Assembly: GCA_050084515.1 (NCBI GenBank)
Contig: CM114271.1
Location: forward strand, 9,362,001-9,426,000
DNA from: Blasia pusilla
Lineage: Eukaryota
Direction of reading: 5' to 3'
DNA length: 64,000 nt
The notes beneath the pieces were generated by a model. That model did no database searches. It had not been told where the DNA came from and was given only the letters and a program-made list of their open reading frames with translations. The position numbers and the translations under genes were made by a program. Each line of letters begins with the position of its first letter. Within the stretch, counting starts at the first letter, position 1. Of the stretch, positions 38,325 to 50,362 are shown piece after piece.

Positions 38325-41300
38325 ATGGACGGGATCACCACGAAGTTGCGTAGTAGGCCAAAGCGGGGTGTCCATCGAGATCAACCTAGCAACATGCCTC
38401 GCGAAGACTCCACACCCATTTTGCGAAGCGCGGCGATGCCGATGGTCAAGCTGTCACCGGAGCTGATCGAAGCGCTCGAGGAGCGATCGTTGGCAACTTT
38501 CTTTCAAGCCAACTGGACCTTAACATCCGGAGAACTCCTTGGCGAGCTTCGCTCGCGTCTGCCGTCACCAAGTTTCGAAAGAAGGGTCTTCGGTATCGAG
38601 CCCAGCCCCAACACTGGACGGTGGATGACTGGAGAGCAACTTAACTGCTCCCGGCTGCGCCAGAGTACAAGTATGACACGGAGTTGCTAGTAAAACATGA
38701 AGATCTTGTAGCACTCGGTTGTGTCACGACTGAGCGCCTGGGCAGGAACGGCTACAAGGCTACATCACTCTCTCCGCCCGTCTTTGGTCAATTTTGCAAA
38801 CATTTGATGACCCTGTTTTACCCCGCTCGTTCTTACTATCTGACGAACAAGCTCTTGAAGATGTGCTACATCATCTGGAATCAACACCTGGACCCCGAAG
38901 CCCCAGGAGTCAACTTTGCTGCTTTTGTGGACGCGCACGTACGAGGAATGGTGGACTTGCTTCATCCAAGCACGAAGTCCTTCCTATGTCCTTTCTTGAT
39001 CCATCTTTATATTCACAAGCAGGAATTAACCGCAGAGGAGGCGTTAGATTGGTCGCAAGTGACCCCCGTCCGACTACCACGGAAAGGCGCAACTAGTACC
39101 ATGGGTAGCCGCAAAGTCACCCCACCCTCCGAAGCACCTTGTGCGCCCCTTCATGAGTGGCTCCCATGTGTGTTAGATACTTTTGGGACTCTAGTTAGGT
39201 GAGTAGAAGGAGCTAGAACAACAATCTGCAATTAAAATGGGATCATTGGTGCCATTCGGACCAAGATAGTGGCGACTCACATATCGAGTTGGGACAGAAA
39301 TTAGCTTGTTTGTCCATGCTTACAACTCGGTGAGAAGAGCACCACAGGAAAAGTCCCTACTTCTTGGTGTATGGGCGAACCCTCTCCCGGTAGTAGAGTT
39401 GGAGTTGAAGACTGATCATACTCTAGAAGGGCACTTCCAACCTGAAGGTGGCAAAGATAGCAGTGGATATGATTGATGCCCTAGAGGAGGAGAGAAAGGC
39501 AAAGATTAGAGAAGACCAAGGCCGTTCAAAGACCAAAGGAAGATGAGGTTTGATAACCGAATACAACATGATCCAGTGAAGGAGGGGGACATGGTCTTTG
39601 ATGTATGATAGTCGACCCCAAAAGTTTCGGAAAGCTACACATTCGATTTGTTTAGGCCTTATCAAGTGAGGAGCAAGAGGGGAAGTAATTATCACGGTGA
39701 GGAGATCAGGTGAGATCAGGTGAGATCGGTGAGAGAGCGGATTGAGGAGATCAGTGAGATCGGTGAGGAGCAAAGCAGGAAGTAATTATCGGTGAGGAGA
39801 TCAGGTGAGGAGCAAAGACGGAAGTAATTATCGCCTAAGGAGATCAGGTGAGATCAGGTGAGGAGCGATTGAGGAGATCGGGAGGAGCAGCGGTGAGGAG
39901 ATCAGTGAGATCAAGTGAGGAGCAACAAGGAAGTAATGATCAGTGAGGAGAAGAGGAAGTAATTAGGTGAGGAGATCGGTGAGGAGCGGTGAGGAGATCA
40001 GGTGAGATCAGGAGAGCACCAAGGGAATCTCGAACCAGCTTGAGAAGAAGCAAGCTTGGGAAATGCTAGTGAGAACAGGTTCAGAAGTAGATGAGGTCGA
40101 AATTTCAGGCAGTAGATGCTTAGGGGGAGGTAGATTTTTAGGAAGGTAGGAACCCATAATACCAGAGAAGCTCAAGGAAGAAGAGGGCTCTCAACTTCAC
40201 TTATAAATACTCTGGTGGGTTTGCTTGAAGGCGGGCATATACATCTTTGTTGGCTAGTAGACACTCGATCTCTTGAGCCAAGCTAACCAAAGACGATTTT
40301 GTGCTCCTTGGTCTAGGTAGTGTGTAGTGTGCTTGAAGGGGGGGCTGAGACTAAGAAGGTCTCTCATGTACTCTATGATTTTGTGATACACAGGAGGTAG
40401 CCCTGTGAAATGAGTTCACACCATTGCCTTGTATCTGAGTATGTGCATGATTGAGTGATGAGTTGGGGGAGGGCTTGATGAAGGGAGATTCTTGGAGATG
40501 ATTCAACTAATCATTCAAAAGTGCAGGGAGAGGACAAGAGGATCTACCAAGAGAGGGGAGGCAAGCTTGGGTTCCAAGATTGTGCTCCACCAAGGTGTGC
40601 TTGAAAGCTTTCTGTTCGCCCCACCTAAGCTTGGCCTTTGACACCAATCACATGATTACTTGGGTGTGACAACTTGGACTTCGTGTCCGGTAAGTGATAA
40701 GAGTTAGTGAGTGGAGAGAGAGAGAGGGTCATGCTTGAGCTCCCCTCAGAGGTAGAAGACCATGGGCTCACTGTTAAGTCTCCTACTACCGAACAAGAAG
40801 GGAGAAAGCAGATCAGCAAGGTACGAGGAGAAGAAGAAGGTGATTGCACTACCTGATCGGTTAGGAGTCGGGTGTACTTTAGAGGATGCCTTGGTACATT
40901 CAACTAGTCCAAGGCAAAGACATTGGAGGACCTTATCTTTGCCGTGGTCATCCTTGATTTGTGAATTCTAAGTAGAGTGTGCTTGTTGGGTTCCACTGGC
41001 CACTCCACTCAAAGCACTCAAGAGAAAGGAAGGAGTTTTGGTTAGTAGGGTGAGGATAGGATTGTGATACTGAAGTGGAGAGAGTTCCCTGACCTCTTAA
41101 GGTAAAGATTTGGGGTTCTGATGAGTTAAGGAGTATATCTTGCAGATCTGATCTTCTGATCTGGCCCTAAGCTCTTACATGGGACCGAACTGGTGGAACT
41201 AGCAACAGTTTCACCTGGGTTGTGTGCTGGCCATGTATTACCTGGTGAGACACACCTCAGCAACATCCTCATACTTTGGCTTTGAAGAAAGACGAAGATA

Positions 41301-42362
41301 CCAACGAAATGCCTCGGTCAAAGCGAGGCCGGGTCAATTTTGAAACACCCCCGGCCCCAGAACCTGTTATGCAGGAGGATTTCGATGAGACCCCGCGGGC
41401 AAGGGATCATTAACCTGCACTTCGTCTCACGTCGTAGACGGCAGACGACATGATATGGTTCTTGCAATTGGCAGTTCCCGTCATGAACCAACTCCAGCGG
41501 GTTCTTCACCTCGAGGATACAGCGTCCGTGGACGATTATTTAGAAGGCCTGCACGACCTCAACTGCAGAGCCCAAGCTTCGTCCGACCACGAAGTACAGC
41601 GTCGAGTAGCAGAAACGAATCTGCAATTACGGGATGAGGAACTCGAAGACACAAAGACCACGCTTCGCAAAGCTCAAAGCGACTTGGTCCAGTGTCAGTA
41701 CGAAGCACGGAACCCACGCCAATGGGAAAGTTTGGCGATTAACCTCGAATGTGGGGCGGATTAGTTAGTTTCGCAGATCAAGGAAGCTTTGCACCTCATT
41801 GACAAGCATCAACATCAAATACGGCGGGTTCACACCGAATTCAAGAAGTTGTCGATCCAACATGCTGAGTCTTCGAAGTTGCTTCAAGAACATCAAGAAG
41901 CAAACAAAGACTTCATCGCTTAGGTGGGCGGAGGCTACCGGGAGGATCGCAGTCTTGGAGGCAGAGCAGAAGCTACTCAGCGAAGCCCAGATGGACCCGG
42001 AAGATGTCAAAGAGCTGGTCGACGAAGCAAGCAAGAACTTCAAGGAGCAGATGAACGAGGAAATCGACTACATCAACAAACATTGGAAGCGCCAATTCGA
42101 CAATCATACTAAGTCTCTTCCAGAAGTAGTACCCACTCTTTCACTTACTCTTGAAGAATTACCAGCATTCACTCCATCTGATGTCTTAGTCCAAAATGAA
42201 GTCCTAGGGAGTCACTTAGTGGTTAACAAGTCGCGAGAAAGAATGCGCAATCATACCCCTAACATTATCAACAAACCTTCTACGATTCACGGCCGTTTTG
42301 TGCCTACCCCTGAATTTGATAGTTTAGAGGACACTTTTATGGAGATAGGAGACACATCATGA
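38325..42362 (+). pseudogene. Additional 3' ORF of the nested Gypsy, unknown function, split by insertion 39140-41252
   Basis: Protein-like ORF pieces 38325-38690, 38684-39139, 41450-41764, 41799-42362 with coiled-coil character. Confidence 0.55.
39140..41252 (+). mobile_element. 2.1-kb LTR-type insertion (solo LTR or deleted element)
   Basis: TG...CA ends; TSD CACCT at 39135-39139 and 41253-41257; GGTGAGGAGATCA-type repeats at 39665-40015. Confidence 0.8.
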
Positions 42363-43277
42363 AGTACTTTGCTCTTGACCGAAGCACGAAGCACAAAGTA
42401 CGAAGCACGAAGAGAATGAAGAACTTCGTCCTCCGGAAATTTAGCGCAGCGAAGCTCAGCATGATTGTGATTCGAACCGACACATAGTGTAAACAATTAG
42501 ACTAGGAAAGGGCGCAACCCTTTGTATCAAATTGGTAGTTAGAACAGTTTTGTACCGCGGATTCACAGGGATCGTAGGAAAAGCTAAGAGAACCATAGAT
42601 CTAGGTAGTTACAGATATTGAAGAGACACCAACTTCATCAAGAACGCTTCGGATCATAGAAATGCTCCTACTCTCGAGAATATTTAAGAAACAGGACATA
42701 AGCTATTATTATCATTCGCTCATGAAGTCCTTATGCTGTAGGAATGGTCCGAGCAAGAGAGTTGTACCCTCTCGAGCTTGTATATACTTTGAAGTCTTCC
42801 AATTCTTGATGGAGTAATAAAGCATTCATTCATTCATTTTGATGTGCGATGCTTATGTCTGAATATTCTTTTGGTCTGCAGTGAGTGAAGAGTGAATCAA
42901 AGTAACCTTTCTCATCAATGGAATAATCAACATAAAGTTGTATGAAATCTGTTTGACAGAGAGTAACCTACCCCGAAGGATTGAGTTTCGAAAGTAGGAG
43001 AAGCCAGCTTTATTCTTGAGGTCTCTGTGAGGTTCCGAGATGTCGAGAGAACAAATTGCCTGAGCGTACTTTAAACTCCACTAGAGAGAATTGAAGAAGA
43101 AAACATAGGTACTAAAAAGGATCGGAAGATGTTACTGGAATATTACATTTGAATGACATAATCAATTACACTTTTACAACATAATCATCACTTTATACTA
43201 TCTTTTCATCCAACAATGATCCTCTTGGGGATCGAACTCTATAATTGACTATAAATCAGAAACACTTAGACATTACA
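42362..43277 (+). repeat. 3' LTR of the nested Gypsy, 5'-truncated
   Basis: Match to the 5' LTR begins only at ~29888. Confidence 0.85.
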
Positions 43278-43282
43278 CAGTG

Positions 43283-46224
43283 CCAAGGTATCATGTCACC
43301 GCAGTTGTTTCGGTGTCACTCGATCCTGGGTCTCAAAATACTTGAGTGATATATTATCGGTGAATTCTCGAGTCCTGTGGAGCCCTAGATAATGCCGCCA
43401 CTTCCTCAAGCAATGTACCATTGCGAACTACTCTTTCTCGTGAGTAGGCCATCTCCTTTCAGTATTGCTAAGCTTCTTGCTCTCATTTGCCACCGGTCTC
43501 CCTTCTTGCACCAACATTCCTGCAACCGCGAAATCACTAGCATCGGTATGCACTTCGAACGGTTTGTCAAACTCTGGCAGCTTTAACACTGGTTCCTGCG
43601 ATAGAATCTGCTTCACTCGGTTGAATGCCTCATTAACTTCTTGGGTCCAGGTCGTGTTGGCAAACTTTGCTGTCCAATCCGTGAGAGGGCTCACAATTCC
43701 CGAAAAGTTTTTCACATAAGTACGATAAAATTGCACGGCACCTATGAACCTCCTCATCCCCTTTACAATGGATGGGGGTTCCCACTCGGAAATCGCCTTT
43801 ATCTTTTCCATGTCTGGACTGACGCCATCTGCACTGACCACGTGCCCCAAGAATTTGATCTTTCTCAAACCGAATTCGCTCTTCTCTACATTCGCATACA
43901 ACTGATTTGCCCTTAGCTTAGACAAGACTGCTCTCACATGTCAAACGTGCTCCTCTAGTGACTTCGAATAGATAAGTATATCATCGATATAGATGATAAC
44001 ATACTCATCCATTTCCTTGTGGTGAATCAATGTGGTGAACGTTGGAGGGCGTTACATAGATCGAAAGGCATCACTACAAACTCAAAGGAACCGTATCTCG
44101 TCCTGCACGCAGTCTTCTCCACATCTGCCTCGGCAATCCGAATCAGGTAATATCCTGACTTCAAGTCAATCCTACTGAAATATCTCGCTACCGCTTTGCC
44201 CGACCTATCAAAGAGATCATCTATCCTCGGAAGGGGATAATTGTTCCGAACCGTCACTTTGTTCAGTGCACGGTAATCAACACACAGCCTCATCTTTCCA
44301 TCCTTCTTCTTTACAAAGAGAAAAGGTGCTCCATAAGGTGACTTGCTAGTCCTAATGTAGCCCTTTTCCAAGAGCTCACTTAACTGCTTTTTCAACTCAA
44401 GAAGTTCCTCCTGATTCAACCTATATGGTGCTTTTGAAGGCGGTTGGGAACCGGGTATGGTCTCTATCTTATGATCTACGGATCTATGCGGCGGCAATTC
44501 AGTCGGAAGCTCATTTGTCAAGACATCCTCAAACTCCTTGACCACTTCCTGGAGTGGTTCTGAGACTCCCCTTGAAGCAGTGTCTTGATCTCTGCGTATA
44601 CTACTTGTAGCCTCCTCCACTTGACTCATCAAGCAGAGAAATCCATCCTCCAACTCAGTCATGCTCCTCCTTGTGATCGAGTTCACCAACTCCATTTTCG
44701 TTGGAACCTCACGGACCAACCGCACCTGTAACCGTTTGCCTTTTAGCAAGACGCTCAACCTCAATGGTCGGCGTCTTAACTCCACCTCATACGCATCTAG
44801 GAATGTATTCTCCAAAACTCCGTCAATGCCATCCATTTCGCACACAGTGAAATTCTCCTTCAACTCGAATACCCCGCATCCTACTGTCAAACCCAAGACC
44901 AAATCAGAAGTCCGATGAGACTTGCCTGCTGCAAATCCCACTCAAATGGGCTCGTCCGCCTTAGAGGTAGTAAACCCGGTTCCTTCACGATTCTTGGGCT
45001 TAGGAAGGAGTGCGAAGCACTGTGATTCACGAGCAACAACACATCGCGATCAGCAATCTTGGATCTTAGGTACACCAAATTGTGCGTCCTCTTGGTGACT
45101 TGAAGGGACGTCTCGAGATCGCCCGCCAACAGATGCTTAGCAACAAACGCAATCATACTCCCATTACTAACCTTTGGTTTCAAACACCCTTCCGACAGGT
45201 GCCCCGATTCGCCACAGTTGTAGCATACGACCTTGCCGTTCCCTGACTTTGAGTGTTGTCCTCCTTTCGGTTTCGCATGAAGTTCCATTCGTTTTGCTGC
45301 CGGGGCAGACGACTCTCCTGGTTCGTGCTGGCCCCCACTCCAGCCTCTTTTGAACGCCTCCTTATTTTTCGACTTCTTCAAAAAAACTTTTGGCTCGAAG
45401 GGTTTCTGGGTTTGGACCTCATCGTCCCCAATCCGCTCCGCTAGCTTCAGAAGGTCCGCGCAGGTCTCTGGCAACGTCGGCATTCGGTAAAGGGCCTTTT
45501 CAGCGCTCGGCTTGAGTCCACTAATGAAGATAGCCTTCTTCGCGTGTTCTTCCATCTTTGGACTAGAAGTCAGCTTCGCACTAAACTCCCTCACATAGGC
45601 GCTTAAGGAACCACTCTGCCGCATCCGCACGCATTCCACCGTGTCACGCAACCCTTGGTACTCCGGAGTGAACCGATCCCCAATCAACTCCTTGAACTCC
45701 TCCCAACTCAAAGTTGACTCGCCGCCCAAATATTCCTGTCGTTGAGCTGTCCACCATTGTAGAGCATGATCCTTCAGGAAAGTAACGGCTACCGTCATCT
45801 TCTCCTACTCAGCAGCCCTCTCCGCCTCGAAGTACAGTTCCAGTTCCGTAAGGAAATCCTTCACTTTCCGCGAGCGCCCCACTCCAGTAAATGGCGTGGG
45901 CACGTTCGTCTTGCAGAGCTTTTTGCCCGCATCCGGGTTTCGAGTGGCCTCTAACTCTGCAATCCGCTTGCTTTGCTGGGATATCTGCTCCACCAACACC
46001 TTCAACAAGTCCAACGTCTGGCTCGACTCCGACCTTTCCCTTGAGTTTGGGCCCACTGGCCCCGCGGAAGGAGTCGCCTCTGGGACGTCCTCACGACTGA
46101 CGTTCAGCTCTTCGGGAGTCTCCGTCTCCTCTATAGCTTCACGGTCCGGCATTGGTTCCTCTCTTGGTTCACGTCGCTTGATTCGGCGCTTCTTGGGTTG
46201 TTCTCCCTCGATCGCCATTTCCAA
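43283..46224 (-). pseudogene. Chromovirus gag-pol 5' part (gag, Zn knuckle, protease, RT, RNase H)
   Basis: ALQWW, CYNCGESGHLSEGC, degenerate protease [36 protein letters not shown]. Confidence 0.93.
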
Positions 46225-46354
46225 GCCAATATCACTCAGATCTCCTCCTCGTTTCTTGCGTCCCTCCTCGAGCGTCCGAGTCTAATCGCTACCTTGAAAT
46301 TTCCCAAGCGTCCGGCTGATCCCACGACCCCAAGTTCTCGCTCACCAAGGATTT

Positions 46355-46366
46355 GCTCTGATACCA
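46355..46366 (-). other. Primer binding site, tRNA-iMet
   Basis: TGGTATCAGAGC, 2 nt from the 5' LTR. Confidence 0.92.
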
Positions 46367-46368
46367 CT

Positions 46369-47370
46369 TGTCGCGCCCCTACTCTCTTGAACGTCAATCT
46401 TTAGTGTTGCGGAAGCGTGCGTTCAGTAGGTCACGAACTCATCTCCGATCTACACCCAAACACGCACTCTCGTTAGTCGGGTTTGAGCCAACCGGCGTTC
46501 CAACCCACCGAGTCCTCAACTCGGCGTCTCATCAAGCTCAACCTTCCTTAGTTCCTAGCTTCCAAAACATGGCAAGTCCTTCAAGACTTGGAACAGACTT
46601 CCTGGTTAGTCCAGGGATCTGAAACGGCCCTTGTGCGCCTAGCAATCCCAACTGTTCAACGGTCCTCGTGTGAGTTCCGAACCGAGACCCAAGTAATTGA
46701 GTCGCGGCGTGAAATCCAAGAGGGATGTCTAAAATCGCCTCAATGGACTTGGTGCAGGTTTTCCAACCCAACGCCCAAACTCGCGTTCCGTTCCATGCCC
46801 TTGAGCCGCCCCGCGGCGCCCAAAGTGGGGTTTGGGTTCCAAGCACTCTCGGAGACCTTCCCCCTTACTAGTACTTCTGGGGTTCTCCAATAACCCCTCC
46901 CCTTTGGGAAAAGAGGGTTGGCCCCTTCATTGTGGCCCTCAACCCGACTCCACTTACAGTCGTTTTCGGGTCGTATCTCGGCCGATGCGTATGCGTTTGC
47001 AGCAATCTTTAGTGCGTTTGGACCGGCTCTCCATAAGCTTTCCAACGCACCCTTATTTGCTCCAAACGCATCTTGGCGCTAAAAGTTATGGCCATAAATA
47101 CAGTCGGAAACTCTCAAACGCTAGTGGCGTTCCAAATCCGGATCTTCCCTTTGGCAACCCACTTCCTAGACTCGACTTCTTTCAAGTCTCATTTCGCGTT
47201 TGGTCCAGGATTCTTAGTCGCGACCATAACACCTGAAACGCAACTCCTCGCTCGCGTCTCGTCTCTTGTCTCCTCTTTGAGACAACTCCAACGCGCAAAC
47301 CATCTTAGCGTGAGCCCGCTAATGTTCCGATGTTCCGCTTGGCACTTGTTTGGTCATGAGGGTCGCGACA
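46369..47370 (-). repeat. 5' LTR of the chromovirus
   Basis: TGTCGCG...CGCGACA, 1002 bp. Confidence 0.95.
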
Positions 47371-47375
47371 AGACC

Positions 47376-48135
47376 GCTCGTCTACTCTCCATAAAGTGAC
47401 ACAATGTGCAACCCGTCGGGATCTGACGGGTTGCTCATTTGGCTAGACACAAGAGCAACCTGTCGGAGTCCCACGGGTTGCTTTTCAACCCGTCCTACTA
47501 GTCCCCAATGATTAGCAACCCCTGGGAACTTGGCCTATAGGCTTGACAGAACAACAACCTGTCGCACTCCGACGGGTTTCTTTACAACTCTAAGAGGATT
47601 CTTTGCCTATGAGCAACCCGTCGGAAGATGATAGGTTGCTCATTTTTCTGGACAGAACCACAACCTGTCGGAGTCCGACGGTTGGCTTACAACTTGATCG
47701 AATTGTTCATAGTTGAGAAGTTCCTAATGTGAGAGCAACCCGTTGCTTTCAGACAGGTTGCATCACTACAGACACAAGTGGAAAAGCAATGCTACTTGCA
47801 ACCCATCGCGTTCCAACGGGTTGCAATCACTGGAGACATATAGATGAATTTGCAACCCGTCGCATGTAGACGAGTTGCATCAGTGCAGACACAAGTGCAA
47901 AAGAAATTCTACTTGCAACCCGTCTGGTTCCTAAGGTAAATTTGCAACCTATTGAGTTTCGACGCGTTGCAAGCAGAGATCCAACCCGTCAGAGTCCAAC
48001 CAGTTGTATTTTTGAACCATCTCAATTCGTTAAAAAAGTGAACTTACCCGAACTTGATTCGTCGCCGATCTGAATGGATACTCATTTGTTTATGATCCAC
48101 GATTACGTCGGCCTCCACTTTAGCGACCTCTTCAC
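47376..48135 (-). mobile_element. MULE copy C, part 2 (intron 3 array and end of exon 3)
   Basis: Palindromes; exon end VKRSLKWR.. at 48049-48135 with GTAAGT donor. Confidence 0.85.
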
Positions 48136-49587
48136 GGGGGACTGGTATTCTGGCAGGAGAGAGGAAGAGAGGAGAGTCTCTCTTCAAAAAAAGGGCCAAA
48201 TCCGCCTCCTCTCTCCAAAACTTTTTGACATATTTGAAATTTTTGTTTGCTTTCAAATTCATGAAATCTTTAAAAGAGAGTAGGTAATGGTCCACATTCA
48301 GGCCTTAAGAAACCTCCTTTTTTCACAGGGGCGAAAAACAAGTAGACATCATAAGACCACTACAAACATTTTTCCATCACTCTCCATATGAGCCTAAGTT
48401 TCTTCACATTGCCTGTCTCATACTACAGTAAGCTGTGCCCAGGGGTATTTTTGTTAGAGGACCATTGGAAAATAATTTGACCAGAACTAGCAATCTCATC
48501 TCAGTAAAAAAAGTTCAAATAAAGACTCTAACGATGGTCTCAACAGACTGCGGTGATTTTCAAGGTTTAACTTCTCGGAATATTTGGTTGACATTATGGA
48601 TTGACATCTCTTCTTGCAAAAGAAAGGCACAAGGAAATGCCTGTAAATGATTGTTGACTCTTCTTGAAGAAGGAATCAATACTCATCATACATTATGGAA
48701 AACCATTGGAAACACTGTACCAAAATGAGAAATGTTGACCTTCCCCCATTCCCAAGTGTCTCTGAAGTGTTAATGTGTCATAAGACCTCATCCACATGCG
48801 CATCAAGTACGATGCTAACCTCTCGTTTTGCAGGGATTGTTGCCTGCATCATGCCCTCCCCTGAATTGCTCCATAATGAACGGTGTCTGCTCAAGACCAA
48901 CTTTGTGAAATGTGAACACACGAGACGATAATTGAACCAAAAGATTAGTAGCTATCTGGAGTAAATAGGAACTGATGTCCCTTCATTCAGATCCTAAATC
49001 TGAGAAACCGAGAAGCTGCACCCCTCCCAACACGTCCGAATTTTACAGGTTGCAACTCTTGCAACCTGTCGGAATCAGATGGCTTGCACCCCTTGCAAGC
49101 AAACTCACCATAACAAAGGAAAGATTTTGAGAAGTGGTTCCATTCCACCCTGCACCCACAAAAATTCAATAGGTTGGGAATCCGAAATGGCAATTCTACA
49201 GGTAGTAGGAATTCAACACGTCTCAGAGAAGAAAAGAAGCCTATGACCGGTTTGACGATACTAGGGGAACGAGCCAAGAGTGAAGAAGCCCGCCACAATG
49301 CCTCTGAAAATGGTCTCACAGGGAAAGAGTCCGATCACTCAAGTACCCAACCTGTCAGAATCCGACAGCTTGCCTAGAAATGGTTAAAAAGTTGCAGTGG
49401 TCAAAAAGTGGAAAGTTGCAACCCGTCAGAATCTGACGGGTTGCAAAATAAACATTCTGAGTAGCTAGACGAACACAATCCACAAGTCCCAAAAAAATAT
49501 TTAGCAAACTTTTACAAACACTATTATCGTCTGAAAAAATCTTGTCCTTTATTACATCCGAAGGAAGCTCCGAAATGTACATTTGAT

Positions 49588-49908
49588 CTAGTCTATGATT
49601 TCTTCAGCCTCGTCATCTACAAATTTACTCCTAACTCCCCTAGGTTCCTGTACAAAAGGAATGTCCTGGGATATAAGTGGCTCCTCTGGCCGATTGTAGA
49701 CGGGGATAAAAAATATTGGCGAATTTGAGAGCCTTGGCACTCCCCTAGGTACACCATAACGGTCCCACGTAACCTGATTTGCATCCCACCGCCTTCCTCG
49801 GCAGTAAATCTTGTATGCTCTACAAGGTAACACCCGTCCAGTATCAATATGTGCTCCGTCCTTGGAGACATCATCATGCCAATCCAACATGTAGCAGGAA
49901 TCCAACAC
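49588..49908 (-). CDS. Possible small third ORF or exon of the MULE, hypothetical
   Basis: 106-aa open frame; homologous frames in copies A, C and D end at the same stop. Confidence 0.3.
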   Translation of the reverse strand: MLDSCYMLDWHDDVSKDGAHIDTGRVLPCRAYKIYCRGRRWDANQVTWDRYGVPRGVPRLSNSPIFFIPVYNRPEEPLISQDIPFVQEPRGVRSKFVDDEAEEIID

Positions 49909-50362
49909 GTCTTAGAGAAGAGAGGAAGCCTAAGACTTGTTTGAAGAAACTAGGGGAAGATGCCAAAGTGAAGAAGCCCGCCAGAATGCCTGGAAAGTTG
50001 GACTAACAGGGAAAGAGTCCGATCACTCACGGAGCCAACCTGTCAAAATCTGACAGGTTTCGTGGAAGTGGTTAAAAAGGTGTAGTGGTAAAAAAGTGAA
50101 AAGTTGCAACCCGTAGCAATATGACGGGTTGCAATATAAACTGTCAAACTACATAGACGATCACAATCGACAAGACAACAAAAGATATTCAACAAACTTT
50201 TACAAACACCATCATCGTTCGAAAAAATCTTGTGCTTTATTACATCTGAAGGAAGCTCGGAACTGTACATTTGATCTATTCTATGAATACTTCTGCCTCG
50301 TCATCAAATAAATCCCTACTCCAAAATGTTGCAGTCAAACAGGGTCCTTGAGTTCTTTGAAC

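Larger units (their letters stand above)
29625..43277 (+). mobile_element. Second Ty3/Gypsy element (non-chromovirus, Athila/Tat-like PBS) nested in the chromovirus pol
   Basis: TGTGAT...ATTACA ends; TSD CAGCG (29620-29624) / CAGTG (43278-43282); removing it rejoins host DTLA-LMDVELIHKPG. Confidence 0.9.
26374..47370 (-). mobile_element. Full-length Ty3/Gypsy chromovirus inserted in intron 3 of copy C
   Basis: Paired 1002-bp LTRs, TSD AGACC (26369-26373, 47371-47375), PBS, PPT, gag-PR-RT-RH-INT-chromodomain. Confidence 0.95.
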
